DNA of 64,000 nucleotides, from assembly GCA_041662565.1 (NCBI GenBank), contig JBAZSE010000005.1:402-64401 (forward strand), written 5' to 3'. Below the pieces are notes generated by a model. The model ran no database searches. It was not told the DNA's origin and saw only the letters and a list, made by a program, of their open reading frames with translations. Positions 49,892 through 60,900 of this stretch are shown here, one piece after another (the stretch's first letter is position 1; each line of letters opens with the position of its first letter). Made by a program: the position numbers and the translations under genes. This DNA comes from Patescibacteria group bacterium (GTDB lineage Bacteria; Patescibacteriota; Patescibacteriia; UBA1558; UBA10009).

Positions 49892-50034
49892 AACAGTTTT
49901 TAGCTGGTTAGTTTGAATTAAAAAAGCCCAGCCCTTTTTAAAGGGTTGGGCTTTTAATTAATATATTTGAATTTGTATTTTAGACCTGAATTTGCTATTA
50001 TTACTCTAAATTTAGAGGTTATCGGTAAGAGCAC

Positions 50035-53000
50035 ATGAATAATATTTTGGAAGCAAATCAGGGGCAAACAAACTGCCAACAGCAATTGTTTTATTGGCTT
50101 AATTTATCAATTAGGGCTTCTATTTTTTTAGCCGCATTTTTTGTTTTGGGTTTTTTTCTTGTTCCCTGTAAAACTTTTGCCACTACATATTATGTTGACG
50201 CAGTCGATGGAGCAAATGCAAATAACGGAACTTCGGAAGGCACTGCTTGGAAAGATATAGGCAACGCTAGTGGCGTAAATGCTCGAATGTCTGGAGGAAC
50301 TATCCAAGCAGGTGATACCATTCTTTTTAAGCGCGGACAAACCTTTACTAATGGCGCCTCCGGTTTGGTTATTACTGTTAATGGCACGGCCGGCAATATT
50401 ATAACTTTTGACGCTTACGGTACAGGTGCTAATCCAATTATTAACGGCGGAACTAGGTCTATAGATTCACGTAATAGAAGTTACCTTACTTTTAACAATC
50501 TTACGCTTACTAATGCCACCCAATATGGACTTTTATTTGGTGTTACTGCACAAAACTATGTAACTTTTAATAATATTTCGGTATCAGCCACTCCTAAAGC
50601 TATGAGCTGGGGTGGCGTAACCTATACAAATATTACTATTAGCAATTCTTCTTTTGACGCCACTACCACGCTTTGGGAGCAGGCTGCAGCATCTGTATTT
50701 GTCAATTTAACGATTACCAATAGCACTTTTGCCAAAAACGTGTTTATGAATACTGCTGTTGCTAATCCTAATACCAATATTGATATTGATGGTTGCACTT
50801 TTACTTCTGGTATTTATATATATGCTACTAATGATTTAACAATTACCGATACAACTGCCAGTGGTTCCGGTATTGATCTTCGCGGCGTTACGGATGTAAC
50901 AATGGATAATATAACGGTTACCAATACCACCACGGCTAGCGGCATGGCCATTAGCAATAGCGGAGCCATGAGCTCCAGCGATATTACTTTGAGTAATTCG
51001 CATTTAGACAATAACAGCACAGGAGGAATCAACGGTAATGGATTAACCTTAACCGGAGATGGTAGTAATTTTACTGCCACAAATGTAACCGCTTCCAATA
51101 ACGGTGGCGATGGATTTAATGTTCACAATACTTGGAGCAATGTTGTTTTTGATAAATGCTTGGCCGAAAATAACGGCACCACGGCAGAAACAACCGATGG
51201 CGATGGTTTTACTTTTCACGAAACCTCTTCAGGAACAATTAAAAATAGTGTGGCTAAAAATAACAAAAAATTCGGCATTGGCCATGTAAGTAGTTCCGTA
51301 GTGGATATGTACAATAACATTATATATAGCACTTTGGATAATGCCAGACAATTGGTTTACCTGTACGATACCGGAACATATACATTTCAAAATAATACCG
51401 TTTATAGCGGAACGCAGGGCAGGGATACAGTTTTATTGGGCGGAACTGTAACCATGAAAAACAATATCATTTATGGCGGCGATAGCGGTTTAACCACCAG
51501 CGGTGGCACAGCCACCATGGATTATAATTTGGTTTATGGAGCTAATACGGGTTACGATGGCGTTTCAGCCGGTGCTCATGATTTATCCAGTAATCCGTTA
51601 TTTTTAAACAGCACTGGTAGCTATTCCACCACTACCGATTTTTTACTGGCCGCTACTTCTCCGGCTATTGATGCCGGTACAACCTTAAGCGCCACCTATG
51701 ATGATGCTAATCTCTATGGTTCTTCTTGGCCCAGCGTGGTTACCACCGCAGATCAGGATCTAAGCGGTTATGGCTGGGAAATGGGAGCTTTTATTTATCC
51801 CTACCCTCAAAAGCCAACAATTGGCACTCCTTCGGCAATATCTGCCACCTCTATCCGCTGGAATTTTACCGATGCTGCCAATGATGAAACAGGTTTTAGG
51901 ATTTACAATAATTCCTATGCTTTGGCGGTTTCTTCGGCTACTGCGGGCCTAACCTATCTTGACGAAACCGGCTTATCGGAAAATACCCAATATACAGGCA
52001 GATTTGCCACGGCTTACAATAGCTATGGCAATTCGGCTTCATCTTCTATTGCTACATCCAAGTATACCCTGGCTAATGCACCCTCTGATTTAGCCGCTAC
52101 TTGGGATAGTGACGGCAATATTATCTTAACCGTTGATTCTTTTCCCAATGATACCCTGGGTACCTCCGGCTACTATTTTGAAAATACCACCCGTGGCAGT
52201 AATTCTGGTTGGCTGCAAACAAATACCTGGCAGGATAATAATCTGGCTTGTGGCACCAATAATTACACTGTTAAATACAGAAACGGCAACAGTGTAGAAA
52301 CAACCACCGCTACTGCTTCTCAAACCAGAAGTTGCGGTGGAGGATTTGGTTCTATTGGTTCCTCATCTGGTTCCTCATCACCCAGTGACCCCCCTCAAAC
52401 AAATATTCCAGCTACAATTCCTACAGACACAGTTGTACCTACACCTAATGCGGAAGTAACCCCAAATCCCAATCTGCCTGAATCTAGTATAATCATGCAA
52501 ACAACAGTGGAATTTTTGGCTGATTCTTTTAATGAAGTTAGGAACATTGCTCAAGAACAGGAAGCTTTTCAAAATATTGCCAAGCGTTTGCCGGAAGCAA
52601 ATTTATTTACCCCAATCCAGCAACAAGCCCTCTCCAATTTTATCGTTTACGGCACTCTGGAAACTAAAAAACTGGGCTCAGGAGAGCGAGCCGGCAGTAT
52701 TTACTCCTTTCAATCGGCTTTTAACAAACTGCCTCAAACCGAACAAGATTGGAGTGATGTGCTTAAAATATCTTTGGGTAGATGGCCATCGCAAACTTCA
52801 TCAACCAAAGAAAACGCGGTTAAAATAGATTTTAAAACCATTTATCAACGAGAACCTCAAGATAGTAATTCTCAGGATCAAGTTGCTATTGATATTATGG
52901 CTTATGGTATTAGGCCACTAATTCGCAATCTTAACTCTGAAAAAATCGCATTTAAATACTTTAAAGCTATCTACGGCAAAATTCCTCAAAGTACCCTTGA

Positions 53001-53046
53001 TTGGGATATTATCCGGGCCATTGCTTACAGCGGTGCTAAAAGATAA
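50035..53046 (+). CDS. Large (1003 aa) secreted/membrane-anchored right-handed parallel beta-helix (pectate-lyase-fold) repeat protein with FN3-like and C-terminal domains
   Basis: N-terminal hydrophobic anchor, then dozens of NxT/NxS-rich beta-helix repeats (TFNNLTLTNAT, TITNSTFAKN, VTASNNGGDGF), a Ser/Gly linker and a Pro/Thr-rich segment. Confidence 0.7.
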   Translation: MNNILEANQGQTNCQQQLFYWLNLSIRASIFLAAFFVLGFFLVPCKTFATTYYVDAVDGANANNGTSEGTAWKDIGNASGVNARMSGGTIQAGDTILFKRGQTFTNGASGLVITVNGTAGNIITFDAYGTGANPIINGGTRSIDSRNRSYLTFNNLTLTNATQYGLLFGVTAQNYVTFNNISVSATPKAMSWGGVTYTNITISNSSFDATTTLWEQAAASVFVNLTITNSTFAKNVFMNTAVANPNTNIDIDGCTFTSGIYIYATNDLTITDTTASGSGIDLRGVTDVTMDNITVTNTTTASGMAISNSGAMSSSDITLSNSHLDNNSTGGINGNGLTLTGDGSNFTATNVTASNNGGDGFNVHNTWSNVVFDKCLAENNGTTAETTDGDGFTFHETSSGTIKNSVAKNNKKFGIGHVSSSVVDMYNNIIYSTLDNARQLVYLYDTGTYTFQNNTVYSGTQGRDTVLLGGTVTMKNNIIYGGDSGLTTSGGTATMDYNLVYGANTGYDGVSAGAHDLSSNPLFLNSTGSYSTTTDFLLAATSPAIDAGTTLSATYDDANLYGSSWPSVVTTADQDLSGYGWEMGAFIYPYPQKPTIGTPSAISATSIRWNFTDAANDETGFRIYNNSYALAVSSATAGLTYLDETGLSENTQYTGRFATAYNSYGNSASSSIATSKYTLANAPSDLAATWDSDGNIILTVDSFPNDTLGTSGYYFENTTRGSNSGWLQTNTWQDNNLACGTNNYTVKYRNGNSVETTTATASQTRSCGGGFGSIGSSSGSSSPSDPPQTNIPATIPTDTVVPTPNAEVTPNPNLPESSIIMQTTVEFLADSFNEVRNIAQEQEAFQNIAKRLPEANLFTPIQQQALSNFIVYGTLETKKLGSGERAGSIYSFQSAFNKLPQTEQDWSDVLKISLGRWPSQTSSTKENAVKIDFKTIYQREPQDSNSQDQVAIDIMAYGIRPLIRNLNSEKIAFKYFKAIYGKIPQSTLDWDIIRAIAYSGAKR

Positions 53047-53103
53047 AAGGCATGTTTTTCAAAATCAAATAGTGATTAAATGGCCTAAAATTATTTTATA
53101 ACT

Positions 53104-53139
53104 AAAAAACAGCATTTATCATTTAAGTGCTGTTTTTTT
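53104..53139. terminator. Bidirectional intrinsic terminator after the beta-helix protein gene
   Basis: ACAGCAT...GTGCTGT hairpin flanked by an A-run and a T-run. Confidence 0.75.
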
Positions 53140-53222
53140 GGTGTCCCCGGCAAGACCCCGAAGAAATTTCGCTAACGCTCAATTTTTCAGGGCAGGGTTT
53201 AAACTTTTCAAATTATATAAGA

Positions 53223-53299
53223 TGGTACGCCCAAGAGGATTTGAACCTCTAACCTTCAGCACCGGATTCTGACGCCCTATCCAGTTGAGCTATGGGCGC
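53223..53299 (-). tRNA. tRNA-Arg (anticodon CCG), CCA encoded
   Basis: Manual fold: acceptor GCGCCCA/TGGGCGT, D-arm GCTC-AACTGGATA-GGGC, anticodon loop ATCCGGT, T-arm AGAGG-TTCAAAT-CCTCT, and a 3' ACCA. Close to the E. coli tRNA-Arg(CCG) recalled from memory. Confidence 0.8.
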
Positions 53300-54197
53300 G
53301 TATTAGTTTTTTTGCCTGATTTTTGTTCTTCAGCCAAATTATCTTTTTATCTTTCTTAAACCAAGTCATCTGTCGTTTGGCAAATTGGCTAAGGGCAATA
53401 AGCAGTTTATTAAACATTTCATCATAAGTCAACTTGTTTTGCAAATATTGGGCCACAAAGCGGTATTCTAAACCAAAGGACTCCAATTTTTTCCACAATA
53501 ATCCGTTTTGGCGAAGTTTTTTAACCTCTTTAACCAGTCCATCCGTTAATTCCTTTTTTAACCTTAATTTTATTCTTTTAATTAATTTTTCCTTAGGCAA
53601 GGTTAACCCTAAAATTAAGCAATCATATTTTGGGGCATTAACTTTTAATTTTTGACTTTTAACTTTTAAGTTTATGCTTATTTCAATTTTTCTAACCAAC
53701 CTGACTTTATTCTGCCAATCCGATTGATTTAGAGTGATCTTATATTTTTTTGCCAATGTTTGCAGTTGAGCCAACGATTTTTTATTTAACTTTTTTCGTA
53801 ATTTAATATTTGGTTTACTTTGGGGCAAATTGTAACCATCAACAATTGCTTGAATATATAAGCCGGTGCCGCCAACCAAAAAGGGGAGCTTGCCTTTGCG
53901 CAAAACATCATCAATCGCCTTATAAGCTAATTTTTGATAGTTGGCCAAAGTAAATTGTTTTTTTGGACTAATAACATCAATTAGATGATAGGAAATTGGT
54001 TTTTTGGTTTTGTACTCTTGTAAATCCTTACCAGTTCCAATATCCATGCCTTGATAAACCTGGCGCGAATCAGCCGAAACAATTTCGCCATTAAAAGCCC
54101 TTGCCATTTTTACTGCCAGTTTGGTTTTGCCGGTTGCCGTTGGCCCTAGTATTACAATTAGTTTATTATTTGGCATTTTTAATCCGCTCGGGTGCAA
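53277..54197 (-). CDS. miaA: tRNA dimethylallyltransferase
   Basis: P-loop ILGPTATGKTKLAV. The likely true start is MPNNK at 54176. The 3' end of the ORF overlaps the tRNA-Arg gene by about 23 nt. Confidence 0.85.
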   Translation of the reverse strand: MHPSGLKMPNNKLIVILGPTATGKTKLAVKMARAFNGEIVSADSRQVYQGMDIGTGKDLQEYKTKKPISYHLIDVISPKKQFTLANYQKLAYKAIDDVLRKGKLPFLVGGTGLYIQAIVDGYNLPQSKPNIKLRKKLNKKSLAQLQTLAKKYKITLNQSDWQNKVRLVRKIEISINLKVKSQKLKVNAPKYDCLILGLTLPKEKLIKRIKLRLKKELTDGLVKEVKKLRQNGLLWKKLESFGLEYRFVAQYLQNKLTYDEMFNKLLIALSQFAKRQMTWFKKDKKIIWLKNKNQAKKLIRAHSSTG

Positions 54198-54300
54198 AAA
54201 AAATTTTCCTCGGACCCTCGACTCGTCGTCGGGGTACCCCCTCGGTAAAATTTTTTTTCACCCTCGCGTATTTAATAAAATTTTTTTACCCGCGTTCGTT
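54190..54300. repeat. GC-rich palindromic element (shorter variant) between miaA and thrS
   Basis: TIR GGGTGCAAAAAAAATTTT / AAAATTTTTTTTCACCC; core CCTCGGACCCTCGACTCGTCGTCGGGG. Followed by the CCCGCGTTCG motif shared with the 61786-61936 copy. Confidence 0.6.
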
Positions 54301-54462
54301 AAATATAAACTAAAATTTTATCGTTTTCTTTCTTTTAGCGTAACCCTTGCTGGTTTGCGCTTTGGCAATTTGCCCGGCCAGCGTTGCTCCTTTGGGAGCG
54401 CTTTTGGCTTTATCCAATATTTTTTGCCTTTTTTCCGCTTTGGTCAACATATTTTTAATATA

Positions 54463-56217
54463 TTATTTCAATTCAGCGGATCGTTTGGCTATCAGTTGTT
54501 GAATTTGGGTGATAAATTCCTTTGAATCAACTTCCCATAATTCTTCAAAACCCCTAACCCTGACGCTCAAATTTTTTGAATTCATTTCTTTATCGCCGAT
54601 AACCAAAGTGTAGGGGATTTTTTCGGCGCTCGATTTGCGGATCTTTTTGCCTACAGTTTCGCTGGTTAAATCCAATTCCACGCGAATATTTTGGGCTTTA
54701 AATTGAGCGGCCAAATTTTGGCAAAACTTTTCGTGCGCTTCGCCAACATTAAGAATTTTAATTTGCACAGGCGAGAGCCACAAGGGGAATGCTCCGGTGT
54801 AGTGTTCAATCAGCACGCCTAAAAATCTTTCCAATGAGCCCAAAATTGCCACATGCAATACGGCCGGACGGTGTTTTTGCCCATCTTCGGCGATGTAATG
54901 CAAATCAAAATTTTCCGGCTGATTAAAGTCCAATTGAACGGTGGTTAACTGCCAACTTCGCCCAATTGCATCTTTAACCATGATATCAATTTTGGGGCCA
55001 TAAAAAGCCGCCTCGCCCTTTTCTACTATATACGGTTTGCCCCAATCCTTAGCCGCCTGAATCAAAATGTTTTCCGATTTTTCCCATAACTCATCCGAAC
55101 CAAAGTATTTACTTTTGTTTTCTTGATCGCGAACAGAAATTTGAACCAAAAAATTGGTAAAGCCAAAGGCTTTGTAAACAGTATCCATTAAACCTAAAAT
55201 CATGGTAATTTCGGAATTGATTTGATCGTGCCGTACAAAATGATGGGTATCATCTTGTGTTAGGGCTTTAACCCGAAGTAGGCCCGAAAGTTCGCCGGAT
55301 TTTTCATTGCGGTAAACGGTAGTATTTTCGGCATAACGGATTGGTAAATCTCGGTAACTATGAGGAGTGGCATTAAATAGTTCAAAATGATGCGGGCAGT
55401 TCATGGCTTTAAGGGCAAATTCATCGCCCTCGGCATCTTTCATTAGTGGCATCATGGCATCATATTTGCCTAAGTGACCGCTTTTTTTGTAAAGTTCAGC
55501 TTTGGCAATATGGGGAATGCTAACAAAATTGTAACCACGGTTGATTTTTTCGGCTCTCACAAATTCAGCTAATTCTCTTAGCAGAAGAGCTCCTTTGGGT
55601 AAAAACATGGGCAAGCCAGGCCCAACTAGTGGGCTAAATGCAAATAACTCTAAAGCCGGCCCTAATTTTTTGTGGTCGCGTTTTTCCGCTTCAGAAAGCA
55701 TTTTTAAATAGTCGGCCAATTCATCTTTTGATTCAAATGCCAAACCGTAAATGCGGGTCAGCATTTTATTTTTTTCATCGCCTCGCCAGTAAGCGCCGGC
55801 TAATTTATGCAAACAAAAACTTTCTGGATCGATTTTGTTAAAATTTTCCGTGTGTCCGCCGCGGCACAAATCCCTAAAATCACCGGATTGGTAAACGGTT
55901 AATGTTTGCCCCTCACCGGAAAATTCTTCAATCAGTTCCAACTTGTAAGGATTATCGGAAAATTCTTTTTTAACTTCGCTTGCCGAAAGTTCGTGTCGGT
56001 CAAAGCTTTTCCAGGTGGTTAGCAGTTTTTTCATCCGCTTTTCTATTTTTGGCAGATCCGCTTCGGTAATGGGCGAAGCAAATTCAAAATCATAATAAAA
56101 GCCGTTATCAATGGCCGGGCCAATAGTTCTTTTGGCATCGGGCCAAATGCTTAAAACGGCCGCCGCCAGTAAGTGGGCGAGCGAATGGCGTTGTTGGGAT
56201 AATTGTTCTTGGGTCAT
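54463..56217 (-). CDS. thrS: Threonyl-tRNA synthetase (lacks the N-terminal TGS domain)
   Basis: Editing domain RHSLAHLLAAAV...GPAIDNGFYYDFEF, class II motifs and an anticodon-binding C-terminus. Confidence 0.9.
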   Translation of the reverse strand: MTQEQLSQQRHSLAHLLAAAVLSIWPDAKRTIGPAIDNGFYYDFEFASPITEADLPKIEKRMKKLLTTWKSFDRHELSASEVKKEFSDNPYKLELIEEFSGEGQTLTVYQSGDFRDLCRGGHTENFNKIDPESFCLHKLAGAYWRGDEKNKMLTRIYGLAFESKDELADYLKMLSEAEKRDHKKLGPALELFAFSPLVGPGLPMFLPKGALLLRELAEFVRAEKINRGYNFVSIPHIAKAELYKKSGHLGKYDAMMPLMKDAEGDEFALKAMNCPHHFELFNATPHSYRDLPIRYAENTTVYRNEKSGELSGLLRVKALTQDDTHHFVRHDQINSEITMILGLMDTVYKAFGFTNFLVQISVRDQENKSKYFGSDELWEKSENILIQAAKDWGKPYIVEKGEAAFYGPKIDIMVKDAIGRSWQLTTVQLDFNQPENFDLHYIAEDGQKHRPAVLHVAILGSLERFLGVLIEHYTGAFPLWLSPVQIKILNVGEAHEKFCQNLAAQFKAQNIRVELDLTSETVGKKIRKSSAEKIPYTLVIGDKEMNSKNLSVRVRGFEELWEVDSKEFITQIQQLIAKRSAELK

Positions 56218-56452
56218 AGGTTTTTTGTTAGGTTAAGGTTATAAATTAAAAAAATTCCTTCGTCCAATAAATCTACTAAAAAATAAGTAAATTCAGGACG
56301 AAGGAATTTATTCCCCCGCGGTTCCACCTGTTTTATCCCGCTAAGCAGGATCTCTCAGAGATTGTCTTTAAACTTAGCCCCGCTTAGCGGGGTTTCCATT
56401 TTTATGGACGCAGGGTTGGTAGCCCTGCCAATCGTTTAGTATGCTAAATATA

Positions 56453-56728
56453 TTATATTTTTGGTTCAGTGTCAAGATGATTTACTATATCAAGATTGTC
56501 AATTTTAATTCCCATGTGCAGTAATTCATCTCTTTTTTCTTCCAATCTTTTTAAATCCCCGCTGATGTAATCAAGAATTTCCCCAGTCAGAGTTTTGGTA
56601 AACATGCCGATTATTTGATTTTTTTTATTATATTCAATTTCAACAATTAGAGGAACGCCATTTATTTCAACTTCATTTTTAGTAATTAACTTGCCATCCG
56701 GTTCAAATTTTATTTTTTCATGCAACAT
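56453..56728 (-). CDS. Hypothetical small protein (91 aa)
   Basis: An ORF tightly packed between thrS and the next gene; no motif recognised. Confidence 0.4.
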   Translation of the reverse strand: MLHEKIKFEPDGKLITKNEVEINGVPLIVEIEYNKKNQIIGMFTKTLTGEILDYISGDLKRLEEKRDELLHMGIKIDNLDIVNHLDTEPKI

Positions 56729-56730
56729 AA

Positions 56731-57900
56731 TTATTGTTTTATTTGAATACTGATTTTATCAGCCAAAGCCGGCAGATATTTGGTCCAAAAGGGGAGCATA
56801 ATGGAAACCTCTTTAACATCGCTTAAATTGCGTAATTTTTTTAAGGCCTCGGCTTTGGACATTTTAACCAGTTCGTCCGGATTGATTTTGATATTGGCGA
56901 TTTTAATATTGTAAGCGCCTTTGATTTGGGCGATTAAGTGTTCGGAATTATCATCCAAAGGAGTGATTTCGTATTTAAAGCTATTTGGGTTGATTGTTAA
57001 ATAAGCGCCTTCTTCTTTATAACTGGCCGGTAGAGTGCCGGCGGCAATGGTTTTAAATTTTTGCTCATCAAAAATTAGGGCCTTAACCCCCAAGCCCAGC
57101 GTGATGGTAAATTCTTTTTGTTGGCTGCCTATTTTGGCGTTGGTGGAGTATTTAATCGTTTCGGTAATGGCGGAATTTGGCGATAAAGTTTGCCCCTCTG
57201 GCAGATCTTTTTGGATTTGTTCCAGACCCTTGGCGATTAAAGAGTTTTTAAGATCATCCTTGGCTTGATCAATAGCGCTTTGGGTGATTTCGTATTTGGT
57301 TAACTGTTGGATTAAAAAGCCTTTAGTGTTTTCGGCGTAAATTTTATCCCGCAGGCCATCCCACAGGCCGGGGATAGTAAGTTTAGTGGCAGGTAATTCA
57401 AACTCTTTACCTGGTTGATCGGCCACGGCAGACGCGGTTATTTTACCGCCGGCCGGCACCACCACCGTTTCAGTTAGACGGTACAGCTTATTATCCGGTG
57501 AAAGCAAGCGGGTAGTGGCAATTAAAGTTTGGTTTTTGGAATAATTATTTATTAAAGTAACTTCGCCTCCGGCTTTATCGGTGGCGATTGTTGAAATTTG
57601 CGCCGGATAGGTTTTGCTTTCTTCAACCACCGTATTTTTTAATGAGCCGAAAAGTTTTTCCGCGCTGCCTGCCAGCAATTTTTGATCCGCCAAGGGATTA
57701 TTTTCCGTAACTTGCACGGCAAAACCAACTTCTTGGGTTTTGTAATTTGGAGTTATGTAAATAGTGGCCTGGGAAAGGGCAAAGTAAAGAATAGCCACCA
57801 CCAAAACAATGGCCACTAATGAAAAAATTATGGTAAAAAAGCGGTAGCTGGGAGTAATGGTATTAAGCGGGCTTTTGCGGATTGGTTCTAACTTATCCAT
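56731..57900 (-). CDS. Hypothetical membrane-anchored protein (389 aa)
   Basis: N-terminal TM helix (FFTIIFSLVAIVLVVAILYFAL) followed by a predicted extracytoplasmic domain. Confidence 0.5.
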   Translation of the reverse strand: MDKLEPIRKSPLNTITPSYRFFTIIFSLVAIVLVVAILYFALSQATIYITPNYKTQEVGFAVQVTENNPLADQKLLAGSAEKLFGSLKNTVVEESKTYPAQISTIATDKAGGEVTLINNYSKNQTLIATTRLLSPDNKLYRLTETVVVPAGGKITASAVADQPGKEFELPATKLTIPGLWDGLRDKIYAENTKGFLIQQLTKYEITQSAIDQAKDDLKNSLIAKGLEQIQKDLPEGQTLSPNSAITETIKYSTNAKIGSQQKEFTITLGLGVKALIFDEQKFKTIAAGTLPASYKEEGAYLTINPNSFKYEITPLDDNSEHLIAQIKGAYNIKIANIKINPDELVKMSKAEALKKLRNLSDVKEVSIMLPFWTKYLPALADKISIQIKQ

Positions 57901-57943
57901 ATAAGAATATTATAATAGGAAAATCAAAGCTTGTCTAGTTTGT

Positions 57944-60900
57944 TTATCTTAAAATAATATTTTCGCGGCCAATAAGAGTGATTAATTTTTCTATCAGTTC
58001 TCCTGTAACTTTAACGGTTTGACCGGTTTTAATCGTTTTATTGTCTATTTTTAAGAAAACTACGGCTTGGCCAGGAAAGTTTGGCAGAATATTTTTTAGT
58101 TCCAGCAAATATTTTTCCTGTTGTTCGGCATTAAGCTTGATTTCCAAACTGGAAAATTTTAAATTTTTATCAATCGGCCGAACACTGTCGCAAATCATTT
58201 TCATGGAGCCGTCTTTATCGGTTGTTTTGCCTTCTACCACTACGATTTCATCTTCCAGCCAGGCATCCTTGGTGCTTTCCAAAATTTTGGGAAAAACCAA
58301 AACTTCCGTACTGCCGGTTTCATCGGCTAAAGTCACAAAATACATGGCCTGGTTGTTTTTGGTCATCACGCGGTGGATATTATGGATTATGCCTGCCACC
58401 CTGGCCATTTTGCCGTTGCCCAAAGGCATTAATTGGCAAATATTGGTCCTGCCTTCCGGCAATAAATGCTTTACGCTGTTCATGGGATGATCTGATAAAT
58501 AAATGCCCAGCAATTCTTTTTCCCATTTTAGTTTAAGAACCTCATCTTCTTCCGGCGCGTTTTCCAGTTTTAAAACGGGTTTGGCCAAAGCGGAATTGGC
58601 AAATAAATTAACCTGCCCGTTGGAGTCATTATTTTTTTTGCCGAATTTTAAAAGTTTTTCTATGTTAAACAACAATTCATTGCGTAAACCGAATTTATCC
58701 AGTGCGCCCGATTTAATCAGCGATTCCAAAGATTTTTTATTCAAATCCTTATCTTGGGTTCTTAGCAAAAAATCTTGCAAATCTATAAACGGCCCGTTGG
58801 CTTTTCTTTCCTTGATAATCGCCTTGGTTAAATGCTCGCCAACGTTTTTAATGGCCGAAAGCCCAAAGCGGATGCGTGGTTGATCCTTGGTATCTTCGGC
58901 CACCACCATAGTAAAAATAGTATAGCTTTCGTTAATATCGGGCGGAAGCACCTTAATGCCCATTTTTTCGCACTCTTCTATTTCCAAGGCCACGCGATCG
59001 ATGTTTTCATTATCGGCAGTTAAAAGAGCCGCCATAAACTGGGTAGGAAAATTGGCTTTAAGGTAAGCGGTTTGGTAAGAAATCATAGCGTACGAAGCGG
59101 CATGAGCGCGGTTAAAGCCGTATCGGGCAAAAGGCAAAATGTATTCCCAGATTTTTTTAGCCACCCGCTTATCAACTTTATTGGCAATCATGCCCTTAAT
59201 CATTTTTTCTTCCTGCTCTACCATCAGTGATTTGATTTTTTTGCCAACGGCTTTTCTTAACACATCGGCTTCGCCGTAGGTAAAGCCGGCCAGCGCTTGG
59301 GCAATTTCGGTAATTTGTTCCTGATAAACGGCAATGCCGAATGTTCTTTTTAAAATCGGCTCCAACTTGGGATGCAGATAGGTAATGGTGGTTTGGCCCT
59401 TTTTACCGGCAATGTAATCGGGAATAAGTTCCATGGGGCCCGGACGGTATAAAGAAATCATCACAATAATATCTTCAATATCAGTTGGTTCCAGCTGGAT
59501 TAAATATCTTCTCATGCCCGATGATTCCAATTGGAATACGCCGGTGGTGTGTCCGCGTTGCAATAGCTTAAATGTTTTTTCGTCATTTAAAGGCAGTTTA
59601 TCAATATCGATTTTTTCTCCCGTGGTTTTGTGGATGATTTCCAAAGCGGTTTCAATAATCGTTAGGTTTTTTAAACCCAAAAAGTCCATTTTTAACAAAC
59701 CCAAAGCCACTACCGGATGCAAAGAATATTGGGAAACAATGGTTTTGTCGTCGCTGGAGGCGTATTGCAGGGGTACATGGTTATCCAGCGCATCGGGTGT
59801 AATTAAAACACCGCAAGCATGAGTGGAGGCGTGCCTGGCCACACCTTCCAATTTTTTGGAAAAATCGATTAAGTTTTTGGCTTGCGGATCGTTTTGGTAA
59901 ATTTCTTTAATTTCCGGAACCTTGGTCACTGCTTCCGTTAAGCCCATAAACATAGGGATCAGCTTGGCAATTTTATCGCAGTAAGAATAAGAGATGCCTA
60001 AAACCCGGCCCACATCTCTAATCGCGGCCCGGGCCGCCATAGTACCAAAGGTGATAATTTGCGAAACTTGCCCCGCACCGTATTTTTGGGTTACGTAGGC
60101 CAAAACCTCGTCGCGCCGGGTATCAGCAAAATCCAAATCAATATCGGGCATGCTGACTCTTTCGGGATTTAAAAAACGTTCAAAAATCAAATTAAATTTA
60201 ATCGGGTCAATATTGGTGATATTGATTAAATAGGAAACTAAACTGCCCGGCGCGCTGCCGCGGCCTGGGCCGACCACAATGCCATTGTTTTTGGCCCAAT
60301 TAACAAAATCTTGGACAATTAAAAAGTATGAGGCAAAGCCGGTTTTGGCGATTATTCCCAATTCATAATCCAACCGCGTTCTAATAATTTCGTTGATGCC
60401 TTCGGGGTAGCGCTTGTTTAACCCTTGCTCGCATAAATTTTTTAAATAACTGTTATCGGTTTGGCCACTTGGCACGGCAAAAAACGGCAAAAGCGTTTTA
60501 TCCAATTCAATTTCTAGTTCGCACATGTCGGCGATTTTTTGGGTATTGGCCAGGGCTTCGGGGATATGGGCAAAAGCATTGCTCATTTTTTCCGGCGAAG
60601 CAAAAGAGGCATCCAACCCCATCATATTCATCCGATCGGTATCGGCTTGCTTACGTTTGGTTTGAATGCAGAGCAAAATATCCTGGGCTTCGGCATCTTC
60701 CGGATTAAGATAATGAACATCATTGGTGGCCACCAAAGGAATATCCAGCTCTTGAGAAAATTTAATCAATTGTTCATTAACCACGGCTTGTTCATCCACA
60801 TTAGGATGATGCTGAAGTTCCAAATAAAAATTATTTTGGCCAAAAACACGTAAATATTTTAGAGCTAATTCTTTGGCGCCTTTAATATCGCCGGATGTTA

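Noticed and set aside
54101-54525. Plus-strand ORFs (70 and 134 aa) in the miaA-thrS spacer
   Set aside because: They run through the GC-rich palindromic element and the thrS 3' end and have Pro/Gly/Arg-rich junk translation driven by the element's GC content. They are not genes.
56453-56728. Possible DUF2283-like antitoxin (TA-system component) for the 91-aa protein
   Set aside because: Only a vague compositional resemblance was seen. There is no partner toxin gene and no diagnostic motif, so it is left as hypothetical.
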